A stretch of 64,000 nucleotides of DNA, taken from contig JAFYUV010000007.1 in NCBI GenBank assembly GCA_017549425.1, positions 33,342-97,341 of the forward strand. The letters run 5' to 3'. Position numbers and translations under genes: made by a program. Below are positions 38,473 to 48,113 of the stretch, one piece after another. Within the stretch, counting starts at the first letter, position 1, and each line of letters opens with the position of its first letter. The DNA is from Clostridia bacterium (GTDB taxonomy: Bacteria; Bacillota; Clostridia; TANB77; CAG-465). The notes below the pieces were generated by a model. That model was given only the letters and a program-made list of their open reading frames with translations, did not search any database and was not told where the DNA came from.

Positions 38473-39048
38473 TTGAAAATAATAAAAAGAAGCCAGTTGG
38501 CTATTTTAAGTTTATCGTTTATGGTAATGATAGCTGGATATATAAACTATAAATATGACCCTGAAAGAGAAAGAAATTTGGGGCAAACAGTTCACGTAAA
38601 TAGTGGAGATGTTTTTTTGTATGAGGCAACAAATGCGGAAGATGTGGCTATATATGAAGAAGCAAACAGAACTACTGACAAGATATATGATAATAAGAAG
38701 AACAACAGTAGTATTGCTACTTTTAAAACCCAGAGAGACAATATGTTTTCGGAATTGGAAGCCACTTATGCCCAGGCTATGAAAAATACAGAGAGCTCAG
38801 ATGTTAAAGTTGAATATCAAAAGAAGCTGGATGAATTAATTAACAAAAAACATATAATTGGAATAATAGAATCGTTGATAGGGGCTAAAGGGATAGACAA
38901 TATAGTTATAATTCCTACTGAATCGGGAATAAGTGTGATTGTAAATAGGGAAGAAAAATTAACAGATAAACAAATATCTCTAATACAAAAAATAATACAA
39001 GATGAACTAAAAATAGAAGCGTCTAAAATCACAATTATGCAGGAATAG
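38473..39048 (+). CDS. spoIIIAH: stage III sporulation protein AH
   Basis: TTG start after AAAGGAGAGAG. N-terminal TM helix. The C-terminal domain ...GIDNIVIIPTESGISVIVN...LIQKIIQDEL resembles the SpoIIIAH/YscJ-like ring-building motif. Confidence 0.65.
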   Translation: MKIIKRSQLAILSLSFMVMIAGYINYKYDPERERNLGQTVHVNSGDVFLYEATNAEDVAIYEEANRTTDKIYDNKKNNSSIATFKTQRDNMFSELEATYAQAMKNTESSDVKVEYQKKLDELINKKHIIGIIESLIGAKGIDNIVIIPTESGISVIVNREEKLTDKQISLIQKIIQDELKIEASKITIMQE

Positions 39049-39068
39049 AAGAATTTTTAGCATAGGGG

Positions 39069-39097
39069 TTGACAGAAAACAGTTAAAGTGTTATAAT
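39069..39097 (+). promoter_or_regulatory. near-perfect extended sigma-A promoter
   Basis: TTGACA, a 17-nt spacer, then TGtTATAAT (consensus -35, consensus -10 and the TG extension). Confidence 0.6.
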
Positions 39098-39103
39098 AAA
39101 TTT

Positions 39104-39485
39104 GTAGCAAATCAAGAAAGTAACAACAGCAAGTTTGTTGTTTATATATATAATTAATAAATAAAAAAACAGAAAGGAGAAGTCCGATGTACTAACTAAA
39201 CGAATGATATAAACTTTCTAGTGACTAATTTTTAATAAGGAGTGCGCCTGAAGGCGTGAGTAAACCACATGATCCCGAACATCAAACCACCTTTTTACTA
39301 GCTAGTTATAATTTTATTTCAAAGACTAATACCGGATACGCAATAATGCATAAATGAACAAACAAAAACAATCTCTTATAATTAAACAAATATTCTCCTT
39401 CTTTCTTTAAAAGCTGTAACATGTACGTTTGTGTTATAGCATATATATTTTACAGCCAGGCTAATAGCTTGGCTGTATTCTTTTT
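39104..39485 (+). ncRNA. candidate non-coding RNA of about 380 nt, unknown family
   Basis: Lies between the strong promoter at 39069-39097 and the terminator at 39452-39485. No ORF of 60 aa or more on either strand. Only mini-ORFs are present: ATG-TAC-TAA behind a perfect AAAGGAG RBS, and a 10-codon MIPNIKPPFY. Confidence 0.3.
39452..39485 (+). terminator. rho-independent terminator
   Basis: 10-bp stem ACAGCCAGGC/GCTTGGCTGT with a 5-nt loop, followed by ATTCTTTTT. Confidence 0.65.
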
Positions 39486-39494
39486 GTATTTAAC

Positions 39495-39523
39495 TTGCAA
39501 AAAAATATTAAGTAATATATAAT
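39495..39523 (+). promoter_or_regulatory. cysS promoter
   Basis: TTGCAA, a 17-nt spacer, then TATAAT, downstream of the terminator and 35 nt upstream of the cysS RBS. Confidence 0.5.
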
Positions 39524-39557
39524 ATCTGTATTAATATAATAATTTTAGGGGGAAGAA

Positions 39558-40940
39558 ATGTTAAAATTATATAATACTCTAACAAGACAAAAAGAAGATT
39601 TTAAACCACTGGAAGAAAATACTGTCCGTATGTATACTTGCGGTTTAACTGTATATAGCGAAGCTCATATAGGAAATATGAGAGCTTATCTTTTTATGGA
39701 TAATTTAAGAAAAGTATTGAAATATAACGACTATAATCTAAATCATGTTATGAATATAACAGATGTAGGTCATATGACATCAGATGCTGATGAAGGCGAA
39801 GACAAGATGGAGAAAGCGGCCAGAAAAGCAAATAAAAACCCATTAGATATAGCTCACGAAATTACGGAAAAATTCTTAAATGATTTTGATAGATTAAATA
39901 TAGAAAGACCTGAACATATTACACCAGCAACAGAACATATAAAAGATATGGAAGAATATGTAGCTAAAATAATGGAAAATGGCTATGCATATGAAACTTC
40001 AAAAGGGATATATTTTGATACTTCTAAATTAAAAAGTTATGGAGAATTATCTAGAGCAAATTTAGAAAAACAATTAGCAGGAGCTAGAATTGAAGTAGAT
40101 AGTGAAAAAAGGAATCCGTTAGATTTTGCTTTATGGATAAAAGCACCTAAAGAACATATTATGAAATGGAATAGTAGATGGGGCGAATGTTATCCTGGAT
40201 GGCATATAGAATGTAGCGCAATGGGACATAAATATTTAGGAACTAAATTCGATATCCATACAGGAGGTGTTGACCATATTCCAATACATCATGAAAATGA
40301 AATAGCTCAAGCTAAAGGCGCTTATGGAATTAATCCAGCAAATCTATGGATGCATGTAGAATTTTTATTAATAGATGGAGGAAAAATGTCTAAGAGCTTA
40401 GGGAACTGTTACACAATTTCTACATTAGTAGAAAAAGGATATGAACCTTTAGCATATAGATATTTTACATATACATCTCATTATAGAAATAAATTGAATT
40501 TTACTTGGGAATCTATAGATTCTGCTCAAAAAAGTCTTTTGAGGCTAAGAGAAGCTTATTTTAATCATGAAAATGGTACAGAAGATGTTAGCGAAGAATT
40601 ATTAAATGAATGGAAAGAAGAATTTAAAAGTGCAATAAATGACGATTTGAATTTTCCACTAGCTATGGCTACAGTTTGGGAAGTTGCTAAATTTGCAAAA
40701 CATTCTAAAAAGATAGCTAAATTACTTTTAGATTTTGATTCTGTTTTGTCTCTTTCAATAGATAAAAAAGAAGAAAAGACACTTCTTTTGGATAAAGAAA
40801 TAGAAGAATTGTTAGAAAAGAGAAAAGCAGCTAGAGAAAACAAGGATTTTAAGACATCTGATGAAATAAGAGACTTATTATTACAAAAAGGATATAAAGT
40901 TATAGATACAAAGACTGGACAACAAATAGAAAAAGTTTAA
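39558..40940 (+). CDS. cysS: cysteine--tRNA ligase
   Basis: YTCGLTVY, AHIGNMRAY (the Bacillus-type HIGN variant), Zn ligands WHIECSAM and KMSKSLGN. Confidence 0.9.
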   Translation: MLKLYNTLTRQKEDFKPLEENTVRMYTCGLTVYSEAHIGNMRAYLFMDNLRKVLKYNDYNLNHVMNITDVGHMTSDADEGEDKMEKAARKANKNPLDIAHEITEKFLNDFDRLNIERPEHITPATEHIKDMEEYVAKIMENGYAYETSKGIYFDTSKLKSYGELSRANLEKQLAGARIEVDSEKRNPLDFALWIKAPKEHIMKWNSRWGECYPGWHIECSAMGHKYLGTKFDIHTGGVDHIPIHHENEIAQAKGAYGINPANLWMHVEFLLIDGGKMSKSLGNCYTISTLVEKGYEPLAYRYFTYTSHYRNKLNFTWESIDSAQKSLLRLREAYFNHENGTEDVSEELLNEWKEEFKSAINDDLNFPLAMATVWEVAKFAKHSKKIAKLLLDFDSVLSLSIDKKEEKTLLLDKEIEELLEKRKAARENKDFKTSDEIRDLLLQKGYKVIDTKTGQQIEKV

Positions 40941-40950
40941 GGAGTTTGCT

Positions 40951-41955
40951 ATGCCAATATTGGATAAAAAAGATAAAGTACAAGTTGCAAAATATAATGA
41001 GTTTATAAGAAACAGAGAGCAAGTTTCAATTACACAAGATTATGCGTTTTTAGTTTCCAATAAGTCTAATGATTTTGAAATTGTTTATTTAGAAAAAAAT
41101 GGTTATATAGTAGCATCAATGGCTGTTTTAATAGTAGATATTTTAAAAAAGAAAAAGGTGTTTTACTGTAACAACGGTCCTGTTTGTGATATATATGACA
41201 TAAATGTTGTTAAAGAACTAATTAATGAGTTGCAACCGTTAGTAAAAAAACATAATCCTATATATCTTGTTATGGAACCAAAGGTAGAAAAAGAAGATAA
41301 ACTAAATCTATTATATAAAAAACATAAATATAAAATTGATACAAAAGCAAAATTGAATAGGCAAATTGTACTTAATATAGCTGGCAAAACTGAAGAACAA
41401 ATTATATCTGGTTTAAATGATAAAACAAAATATAATTTAGAAACATCACAAAAAAAGAATGTAAAAATAAAAATTAGCACTACTAAAAGAGATTTTGAAA
41501 AATTCCTTGAATTATATAAATCAGAAAAACAATTACAAATTCAAGATATCAAGAACTTTGAAATGTTTAAGGGATTACTTTCTTCTTTTGATGAGGACGT
41601 AATTAGAGTATATACAGCAAGTATAGATGGTAAGGTTTTAGGCGGAGCTATTGCTACAAGGTTTGGCAAGGCAGTAAGATGTTTAGAAGAGGTTTTTATA
41701 AAAGAATCAAATGCTACGTATGCTAGAACAAAGCTCCATTTTGAAATTATAAAATGGGGGTTAGAAAACAATTGTGATATCTATGAAATGGGTATTCTTG
41801 ATGATAAACTAGAAGCGGATGCAAGGTTTAAAGAAGGTTTTACTTCTAAGACGGGTGTTGTAGAATATGTAGGAAAAATTTATAAGATATATAATAAACC
41901 AATGTATATTTTAAATAAAATAAAAAAATTGGAGGAATATAATGATAAGTTTTAA
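40951..41955 (+). CDS. FemAB-family aminoacyl-tRNA-dependent peptidyltransferase (FemX-like peptidoglycan branch/bridge synthase)
   Basis: 334 aa, FemX-sized. Two GNAT-like lobes. Sits 10 nt after cysS. Confidence 0.6.
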   Translation: MPILDKKDKVQVAKYNEFIRNREQVSITQDYAFLVSNKSNDFEIVYLEKNGYIVASMAVLIVDILKKKKVFYCNNGPVCDIYDINVVKELINELQPLVKKHNPIYLVMEPKVEKEDKLNLLYKKHKYKIDTKAKLNRQIVLNIAGKTEEQIISGLNDKTKYNLETSQKKNVKIKISTTKRDFEKFLELYKSEKQLQIQDIKNFEMFKGLLSSFDEDVIRVYTASIDGKVLGGAIATRFGKAVRCLEEVFIKESNATYARTKLHFEIIKWGLENNCDIYEMGILDDKLEADARFKEGFTSKTGVVEYVGKIYKIYNKPMYILNKIKKLEEYNDKF

Positions 41956-43180
41956 TAAAGCCCAAGAAGTTTTGATTAAATATAATCAACAACATGTTTT
42001 AAATTTTTATAATGAATTAAGTGATAATGAAAAAGAAAAGTTGTTGGAGCAAATAGAAAATATAAATTTTGAAGAGGTAAATAATATATATAAAGAAGTT
42101 GCTCATGTTGCTTCAGATTCAGTTACTGACATTACTCCAATTGGAAGAATAGATAAACAAGAATTGTCTGATGAAGAACTAGATAGATATATAAAACATG
42201 GAGAAGAAAGTATAAAAAATGGAAGACTAGCTTTTGTCACTATGGCTGGCGGACAAGGGACAAGGCTTGGTCACTCAGGGCCTAAAGGAACTTTTGTATT
42301 AGATATTCAAAACAATAAATCTCTTTTTGAAATCCTTTGCGATACTTTAAAAATTGCAAATAACAAGTATGAGGTGTCAATTCCATGGTATATAATGACT
42401 AGCAGAGAAAATAATGATGAAACAGTGAAATTTTTTGAAGATAATAATTACTTTGGTTATAATAAAGAAGATATAATATTTTTTAAACAAGGCGAATTAC
42501 CAATGATATTTACAGATGGAAAAGTGGTTATGGAAGATAAGGGTATTATTAGACAAGCTGCTGATGGCCATGGTGGAATATTTAGAGCAATGATGAAAAA
42601 CAATATACTTCAGGATATGAAAAATAGAAATATTAAATGGATATTTATAGGCGGAGTAGATAATTGTTTATTAAAAATGGTAGACCCGTTATTTATAGGT
42701 ATATGTGAAGAAAAGGGATATACTCTTGGCTCTAAGACAATACCAAAAAGAAGCCCTGATGAGAAAGTGGGCGTGTTTTGTAAGAAAAATGGTAAGCCTG
42801 CAGTTGTAGAATATACTGAAATAACAGAAGAGATGGCTAACTTAAGAGATGCAAAAGGCGAGCTTGTTTATGGAGAGGCACATATTCTATGTAATATGTT
42901 TAGCTTAGATATTTTAGAAAAAATGGAAAAGGTTCCTTTGAAATATCATTCTGCATTTAAAAGTACAAATTATATAGATAATTATGGGAAACTTTGTGTA
43001 AGTGAAAAGCCTAATTCATATAAATTTGAAGCCTTAATATTTGATGCTTTTGGATTGGCTGATGACGTTTTATTATTAAGAACTAAACGTGAGGACGAAT
43101 TTGCCCCGCTTAAAAATAAGGAGGGGCAAGATAGTATAGAGACAGCAAGGCAACTATACTATGACTATATAGGAGGGTAA
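41942..43180 (+). CDS. UDPGP-family (UAP1-like) UDP-sugar pyrophosphorylase
   Basis: The eukaryote-type UDPGP signature LAFVTMAGGQGTRLG and the downstream block ...GGVDN.... Its start overlaps the FemAB-like gene's stop. Confidence 0.6.
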   Translation: MISFNKAQEVLIKYNQQHVLNFYNELSDNEKEKLLEQIENINFEEVNNIYKEVAHVASDSVTDITPIGRIDKQELSDEELDRYIKHGEESIKNGRLAFVTMAGGQGTRLGHSGPKGTFVLDIQNNKSLFEILCDTLKIANNKYEVSIPWYIMTSRENNDETVKFFEDNNYFGYNKEDIIFFKQGELPMIFTDGKVVMEDKGIIRQAADGHGGIFRAMMKNNILQDMKNRNIKWIFIGGVDNCLLKMVDPLFIGICEEKGYTLGSKTIPKRSPDEKVGVFCKKNGKPAVVEYTEITEEMANLRDAKGELVYGEAHILCNMFSLDILEKMEKVPLKYHSAFKSTNYIDNYGKLCVSEKPNSYKFEALIFDAFGLADDVLLLRTKREDEFAPLKNKEGQDSIETARQLYYDYIGG

Positions 43181-43184
43181 ACTA

Positions 43185-44030
43185 ATGTTTAAAAAAAGAA
43201 GCGATGGTAGACTTATAAAGTCAATATACCCGTTATGTAAGATAATGCCTTATATAATGAAAACAAGAAATGATTCACAAGTATATTATGAAGACAAAAT
43301 TTGTATTGAAAAAGTAGAAGAGTATATAAAGAAAAAAAGAGAAGAAGGAGTTAAAATTTCTCACATGGATGTTGTTGTGGCCGCAATGTCTAGAGTAGCT
43401 TTAGAAAGGCCTGGACTTAATAGGTTTATAATGAACAATCGAATTTACGCAAGAAAGAATTTAACTGTTTCTTTGGCATTAAAGAAGAAATTAGATGATG
43501 CTGGAATTGAAACAACAGTAAAGTTTAAAATAAAGCCAACAGACACTATTTTAGATATAGCAAATCAAATACATGAGACTGTATATGCTAATAAGACAGA
43601 AAAGGAAAACAATACAGATAAATTAGTAGATAAAATTATGAGTTTACCTAACTTTTTAATAGCGGGAGCTGTTAATTTCTTGATGTGGATGGACAAGCAT
43701 AATATGTTACCAAAAGGAATAATAGAACTGTCTCCATTTCACACTAGTTTTTTTGTAACTAATATGGGATCGTTGGGGATAGATTCAATTTATCATCATA
43801 TATATAATTTTGGCACAACAAGCGTGTTCTTAGCTATGGGAATGAAAAAAGAACAATTAGACGTAGATAGTAAAGAGCCTCAAAAGTACATTAGTTTTAA
43901 ATTTGTTTGTGATGAAAGAATATGTGATGGATTATATTACGCTAGGTCATTCTCTGCTTTTAGGAGATATATGTTAAATCCTGAATTGTTAGAAGTAGCA
44001 AGTATAAATGTTAAAGAGGATATTAAATAA
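43185..44030 (+). CDS. CAT-like / 2-oxoacid-dehydrogenase-E2-catalytic-domain-like acyltransferase (no lipoyl domains; His replaced by Glu in the DHRxxDG motif)
   Basis: The C-terminal block ISFKFVCDERICDGLYYARSF aligns to the E2 motif SxDHRxxDG..A..F. Only the catalytic domain is present. Confidence 0.45.
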   Translation: MFKKRSDGRLIKSIYPLCKIMPYIMKTRNDSQVYYEDKICIEKVEEYIKKKREEGVKISHMDVVVAAMSRVALERPGLNRFIMNNRIYARKNLTVSLALKKKLDDAGIETTVKFKIKPTDTILDIANQIHETVYANKTEKENNTDKLVDKIMSLPNFLIAGAVNFLMWMDKHNMLPKGIIELSPFHTSFFVTNMGSLGIDSIYHHIYNFGTTSVFLAMGMKKEQLDVDSKEPQKYISFKFVCDERICDGLYYARSFSAFRRYMLNPELLEVASINVKEDIK

Positions 44031-44038
44031 GGAGAACT

Positions 44039-45388
44039 ATGGCAAAAACAAAAGTAGTGTTTTTTTGTAAAGAATGTGGTTATGAAAGCCCTAAATGGCT
44101 AGGAAAGTGCCCTGGTTGTGAGGCGTGGAACTCATTTTGTGAAGAGAAAATAGTAGATAAAAAAGAAACTGTAGGTGGAGTTCAACTTCAAAGATCAGAA
44201 TTAAAAAAATTAAAGGATATTGAATCTAAAGATAAAGCTAGATTTGATACTGGCTATGAGGAACTAAATAGGGTCCTTGGAGGTGGCATTGTTGATGGCT
44301 CGTTAATTTTGCTAGGAGGAGAACCTGGTATTGGTAAATCTACATTAATACTTCAAATTTGTGATAAGTTAGCCTCTAACATGAAAGTTTTATATGTTTC
44401 TGGAGAAGAATCTGAATTACAAGTTAAGTTAAGAGCTGACAGATTAAAAATAGACAAAGAAGATATATACTTTTTAAGTGAGACTAATATACAAATAATT
44501 GAGGATAAGATTATGTCCAATTCTCCTAAGGTTTGTATTATAGATTCTATACAAACTATGTATGATGAGGAAATTTCATCTGTGCCAGGAAGTGTGTCTC
44601 AAGTAAGAGAAGTAACAGCAAGACTTATGAATATATCTAAAAAGTTGGGTATAATAACCATAGTAATAGGGCACGTTACAAAAGATGGAAATATAGCTGG
44701 GCCAAGACTGCTTGAACACATGGTAGACGTTGTTTTATATATAGAAGGAGAAAGATTTTTTTCTCATAGAGTAATTAGAGGGGTAAAAAATAGATTTGGT
44801 TCTACTAATGAGATTGGAGTTTTTGAGATGAAACAAGAAGGGATGTGTGAGGTAAAGAACATGTCTGAAATGTTTTTGTCTAAGGAAGAAGCAGAGCCCG
44901 GGGTTGCCACTTGTGCTATACAAGAAGGAACTTCGACTATTTTATTAGAAATTCAAGCATTATCTGCAACATCATATTATAACATGCCTAGAAGAGTAGC
45001 TACCGGTGTAGATTTCAATAGACTTAATATGATACTTGCTGTTATAGAGAAAGTGTGTAATATTCAAATAGGCAATAAAGATATTTACGTAAATGTTACT
45101 GGCGGAATGAGATTAACGGATATTTCTTCAGATTTAGCTGTAGCAATGTCTATTATTTCTAGTTATAAAGGGGTTGCTCTTGCAAAAGATGTTGTCTATA
45201 TAGGAGAACTATCTTTAACAGGAGATATAAGACCTGTAATAAATATAGAAAAAAGGATTAAAGAATTGATAAAACTAGGCTTTAAAAAGGTATATGGACC
45301 TAAGAGCCAATTGGAGACCTTAGAAAAACAATATAACGAAATAGAAATTGTAAAAGTAAAAAATATTAATGAACTTATATCAAAATAG
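44039..45388 (+). CDS. radA: DNA repair protein RadA/Sms
   Basis: Zn ribbon CKECGYESPKWLGKCPGC, Walker A GEPGIGKST, the KNRFG motif and a Lon-like C-terminus. Confidence 0.9.
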   Translation: MAKTKVVFFCKECGYESPKWLGKCPGCEAWNSFCEEKIVDKKETVGGVQLQRSELKKLKDIESKDKARFDTGYEELNRVLGGGIVDGSLILLGGEPGIGKSTLILQICDKLASNMKVLYVSGEESELQVKLRADRLKIDKEDIYFLSETNIQIIEDKIMSNSPKVCIIDSIQTMYDEEISSVPGSVSQVREVTARLMNISKKLGIITIVIGHVTKDGNIAGPRLLEHMVDVVLYIEGERFFSHRVIRGVKNRFGSTNEIGVFEMKQEGMCEVKNMSEMFLSKEEAEPGVATCAIQEGTSTILLEIQALSATSYYNMPRRVATGVDFNRLNMILAVIEKVCNIQIGNKDIYVNVTGGMRLTDISSDLAVAMSIISSYKGVALAKDVVYIGELSLTGDIRPVINIEKRIKELIKLGFKKVYGPKSQLETLEKQYNEIEIVKVKNINELISK

Positions 45389-45496
45389 GGAAATTTTGGT
45401 TAGAAAAACTTTTTAAAATTTCATTTACAATCTTTAAAAACTATGGTATAATATTATTGTAGTTGAAGAGAGATTCATACTAGAGGAGGGACAAAC

Positions 45497-46030
45497 ATGT
45501 TTAGTATTGGAGATAAAATTGTGTACCCTATGCACGGAGCTGGGACTATAGAATCTATAGAAGAGAAAGAAATGTTTGGTGATACAGCCGAGTATTATAT
45601 AATAAAAATGCCTATAGGCGATATGAGATTGATGGTGCCAACTGAGACTGCGTCTGAGATTGGTGTTAGAGAGGTTTCGCCTGCAACTATTGCACCGAGT
45701 GTTTTTGCTGTTTTGGAAAAGCCTAAAGCAGAATATATATATGAAAATAACTGGAGTAAAAGATATAGAGCAAATGTGGAAAAAATAAAATCTGGAGATA
45801 TTTTAGAAGTAGCAGATGTTGTTAGAGATTTATCTCATAGACATATGGAAAGAGGTCTATCTACTGCAGAAAAGAAAATGCTAGTGTCTGCTAAGGAGAT
45901 ATTAATCAGTGAATTATCTTTAGCACAAGGCTTAGACCATACTTTAGTAGATAAAGAAATAGAAGAAAAAGTTGAGTTTTCTTATGGACTGGGGTCTGCT
46001 GAACCTGAAATTGTAGAAAATTGCAATTAA
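45497..46030 (+). CDS. CarD/CdnL-family RNA-polymerase-binding transcription factor
   Basis: CarD_CdnL_TRCF N-terminal domain FSIGDKIVYPMHGAGTIESIEE; about 165 aa. A promoter lies upstream. Confidence 0.7.
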   Translation: MFSIGDKIVYPMHGAGTIESIEEKEMFGDTAEYYIIKMPIGDMRLMVPTETASEIGVREVSPATIAPSVFAVLEKPKAEYIYENNWSKRYRANVEKIKSGDILEVADVVRDLSHRHMERGLSTAEKKMLVSAKEILISELSLAQGLDHTLVDKEIEEKVEFSYGLGSAEPEIVENCN

Positions 46031-46046
46031 TTTAGTATAATACGTG

Positions 46047-46073
46047 AAAAAACTGGACTGGTCCAGTTTTTTA
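46047..46073 (+). terminator. rho-independent terminator
   Basis: AAAAACTGGACTGGTCCAGTTTTTT. Confidence 0.65.
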
Positions 46074-46105
46074 TTGTATAATTAAAAAAGTTGGGAGATA
46101 TTTTT

Positions 46106-47545
46106 ATGAGTGATAAAAAAGAATTTGTTAAAGAACTAACAAGTATGGATGAAGATTTTGCTTCATGGTATACAGATATAATATTAAAAGCTGAATTAGT
46201 AGACTATGCTCCAGTTAAGGGTTTTATGGTGATAAGACCTTATGGATATGAGATTTGGGAGAACATTCAAAGTATATTGGATAAGAAATTTAAAGAAACA
46301 GGGCATAAAAATGCATATTTTCCATTACTTATACCTGAATCATTATTAAATAAAGAAAAAGAGCACGTAGAAGGTTTTGCACCAGAGGTGGCATGGGTTA
46401 CTCAAGGGGGATCTAATGAATTAGGCGAAAAATTATGTATAAGACCTACTTCTGAAACTATAATTTCTACTATGTATTCTAAATGGGTAAAATCATATAG
46501 AGATTTGCCAGTATTAATTAACCAATGGGCAAATGTTGTTCGCTGGGAAAAAACTACTAGACCATTTTTGAGAACAACTGAGTTTTTATGGCAGGAAGGC
46601 CATACTTTACACGAAACAGCAAAAGAAGCAGAAGAAGAAACTATTAAGATGCTTAATGTTTATGCAGATGTTTATGAAAATTATTTAGCAATACCAGTAG
46701 TAAAAGGACAAAAATCTGAAAAAGAAAAGTTTGCTGGAGCGGTTGCTACATATACTATTGAAGCTTTAATGCATGACGGTAAAGCTCTTCAATCAGCAAC
46801 ATCACATTTTTTTGGAGATGGTTTTGCTAAAGCGTTTAATATTAAATATCAAGGAAGAGATGGTCGCGAAGCATATCCTTACCAAACTTCTTGGGGAATG
46901 ACTACTCGTTCAATTGGTGGGATTATAATGACACATGGAGATGAAAGAGGTTTAAAATTGCCTCCAAAAGTTGCACCTATTCAAGTAGTAATTGTTCCAT
47001 TTGCTCAACATAAAGAAGGTGTTCTTGAAAAAGTAGAAGAAATTAGAACAATTCTTGCTAAAGATTTTAGAGTTGAAGCAGATGTTCGTGATTGGCAAAC
47101 TCCTGGTTTCAAATGTAACCATTGGGAATTAAGAGGAGTTCCAGTTAGAATTGAAATAGGGCCAAAGGATATTGAACAAGGAACATGTATACTATTTAGA
47201 CGTGATACTTTTGAAAAGACTACTGTAAAACTAGAAAATATAACTGAAGAGATAGGAAAACTTTTAGAAGATATACAAACAAATATGTTACAAATGGCAA
47301 GAGAAAATAGAACAAAGAAAACAGGCGTTGCTAAAAACATGGATGAGTATTTAAAACTATTTGAAAAAGGGGACGGTTTTGTAAAAATAATGTGGTGCGG
47401 AGAAAGAAGTTGTGAAGATAAATTAAAAGAGCTTACTTCTGCAACAATAAGATGTATACCTTTTGAAGAAGAACATTTATCTGACACATGTTGTGTTTGC
47501 GGCAAAGCTGCTAAACATATGGTTTATACTGGTAAACAATATTAA
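46106..47545 (+). CDS. proS: proline--tRNA ligase (archaeal/eukaryotic-type short ProRS)
   Basis: Class II motifs; about 480 aa, with no bacterial INS domain. Confidence 0.85.
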   Translation: MSDKKEFVKELTSMDEDFASWYTDIILKAELVDYAPVKGFMVIRPYGYEIWENIQSILDKKFKETGHKNAYFPLLIPESLLNKEKEHVEGFAPEVAWVTQGGSNELGEKLCIRPTSETIISTMYSKWVKSYRDLPVLINQWANVVRWEKTTRPFLRTTEFLWQEGHTLHETAKEAEEETIKMLNVYADVYENYLAIPVVKGQKSEKEKFAGAVATYTIEALMHDGKALQSATSHFFGDGFAKAFNIKYQGRDGREAYPYQTSWGMTTRSIGGIIMTHGDERGLKLPPKVAPIQVVIVPFAQHKEGVLEKVEEIRTILAKDFRVEADVRDWQTPGFKCNHWELRGVPVRIEIGPKDIEQGTCILFRRDTFEKTTVKLENITEEIGKLLEDIQTNMLQMARENRTKKTGVAKNMDEYLKLFEKGDGFVKIMWCGERSCEDKLKELTSATIRCIPFEEEHLSDTCCVCGKAAKHMVYTGKQY

Positions 47546-47550
47546 TTTAG

Positions 47551-47991
47551 GTGAATAAAATGGATGAAAAAAAGATAATAAGTAAAGCAAAAAGTTTTAC
47601 AATTATACTAGGGCTTATCTATTTAATTATAACAATACTAGCCACTGTTTCTGCTTTTGGAGATATTAGTAATAATTCTTCAACAGAAGCAGGAATAGGA
47701 ACTATATTTTCGCTTATATGGTTTCAATTAGTAATTGTTGTTGCATTTTTAGTAGTATTTTTAGTATATAATATTAAAGGAAGATTAGGAATTTTATTTG
47801 AATTAATATTAGGAATAGCGTTGTTTTTAAATGTTGTTATAAATATGCTGTTGGCTTCAAACTTTACTGCTATTGCACTTCTTAATTTTGTAATTCCGCT
47901 TGTAGTGTTAGTGCATTCGTTTTTAATATTATTAAAAATTTATAAAGCAAATAGGAAAATTAAATTAAAAGAACTTTTTGGAATAAAATAG
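47551..47991 (+). CDS. small polytopic membrane protein
   Basis: 146 aa with 4 TM helices; translationally close to proS. Confidence 0.4.
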   Translation: MNKMDEKKIISKAKSFTIILGLIYLIITILATVSAFGDISNNSSTEAGIGTIFSLIWFQLVIVVAFLVVFLVYNIKGRLGILFELILGIALFLNVVINMLLASNFTAIALLNFVIPLVVLVHSFLILLKIYKANRKIKLKELFGIK

Positions 47992-48016
47992 TGCCAATTT
48001 TTGGCACTTATTATAT

Positions 48017-48092
48017 GCTGGTATAGCTCAGTCGGTAGAGCAACAGATTCGTAACCTGTAGGTCGGCGGTTCAATTCCGCCTACCAGCTCCA
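48017..48092 (+). tRNA. tRNA-Thr (anticodon CGT)
   Basis: GCTGGTATAGCTCAGTCGGTAGAGCAACAGATTCGTAACCTGTAGGTCGGCGGTTCAATTCCGCCTACCAGCTCCA. The loop is UUCGUAA with a Thr-like body. There is an A31-C39 mismatch. Confidence 0.75.
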
Positions 48093-48113
48093 AACAAAAA
48101 ATAAAAGTTGCAT

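Noticed and set aside
39100-39490. Candidate ncRNA being RNase P RNA, tmRNA or SRP RNA
   Set aside because: It lacks the type-B RNase P conserved blocks (GGAAAGTCC..ACAGAA..GGCTTA), the tmRNA tRNA-like ends and tag ORF, and the SRP domain IV motif. It is left as an unknown family.
39049-39557. T-box riboswitch upstream of cysS
   Set aside because: No AATTAGGGTGGTACCGCG-like T-box sequence is present, and the 5' half of the terminator cannot form a T-box antiterminator. The terminator instead closes an independent upstream transcript, and cysS has its own promoter.
46031-46105. T-box or attenuator upstream of proS
   Set aside because: Only about 60 nt separate the carD-like terminator from proS, which is too short for a T-box leader, and no T-box sequence is present.
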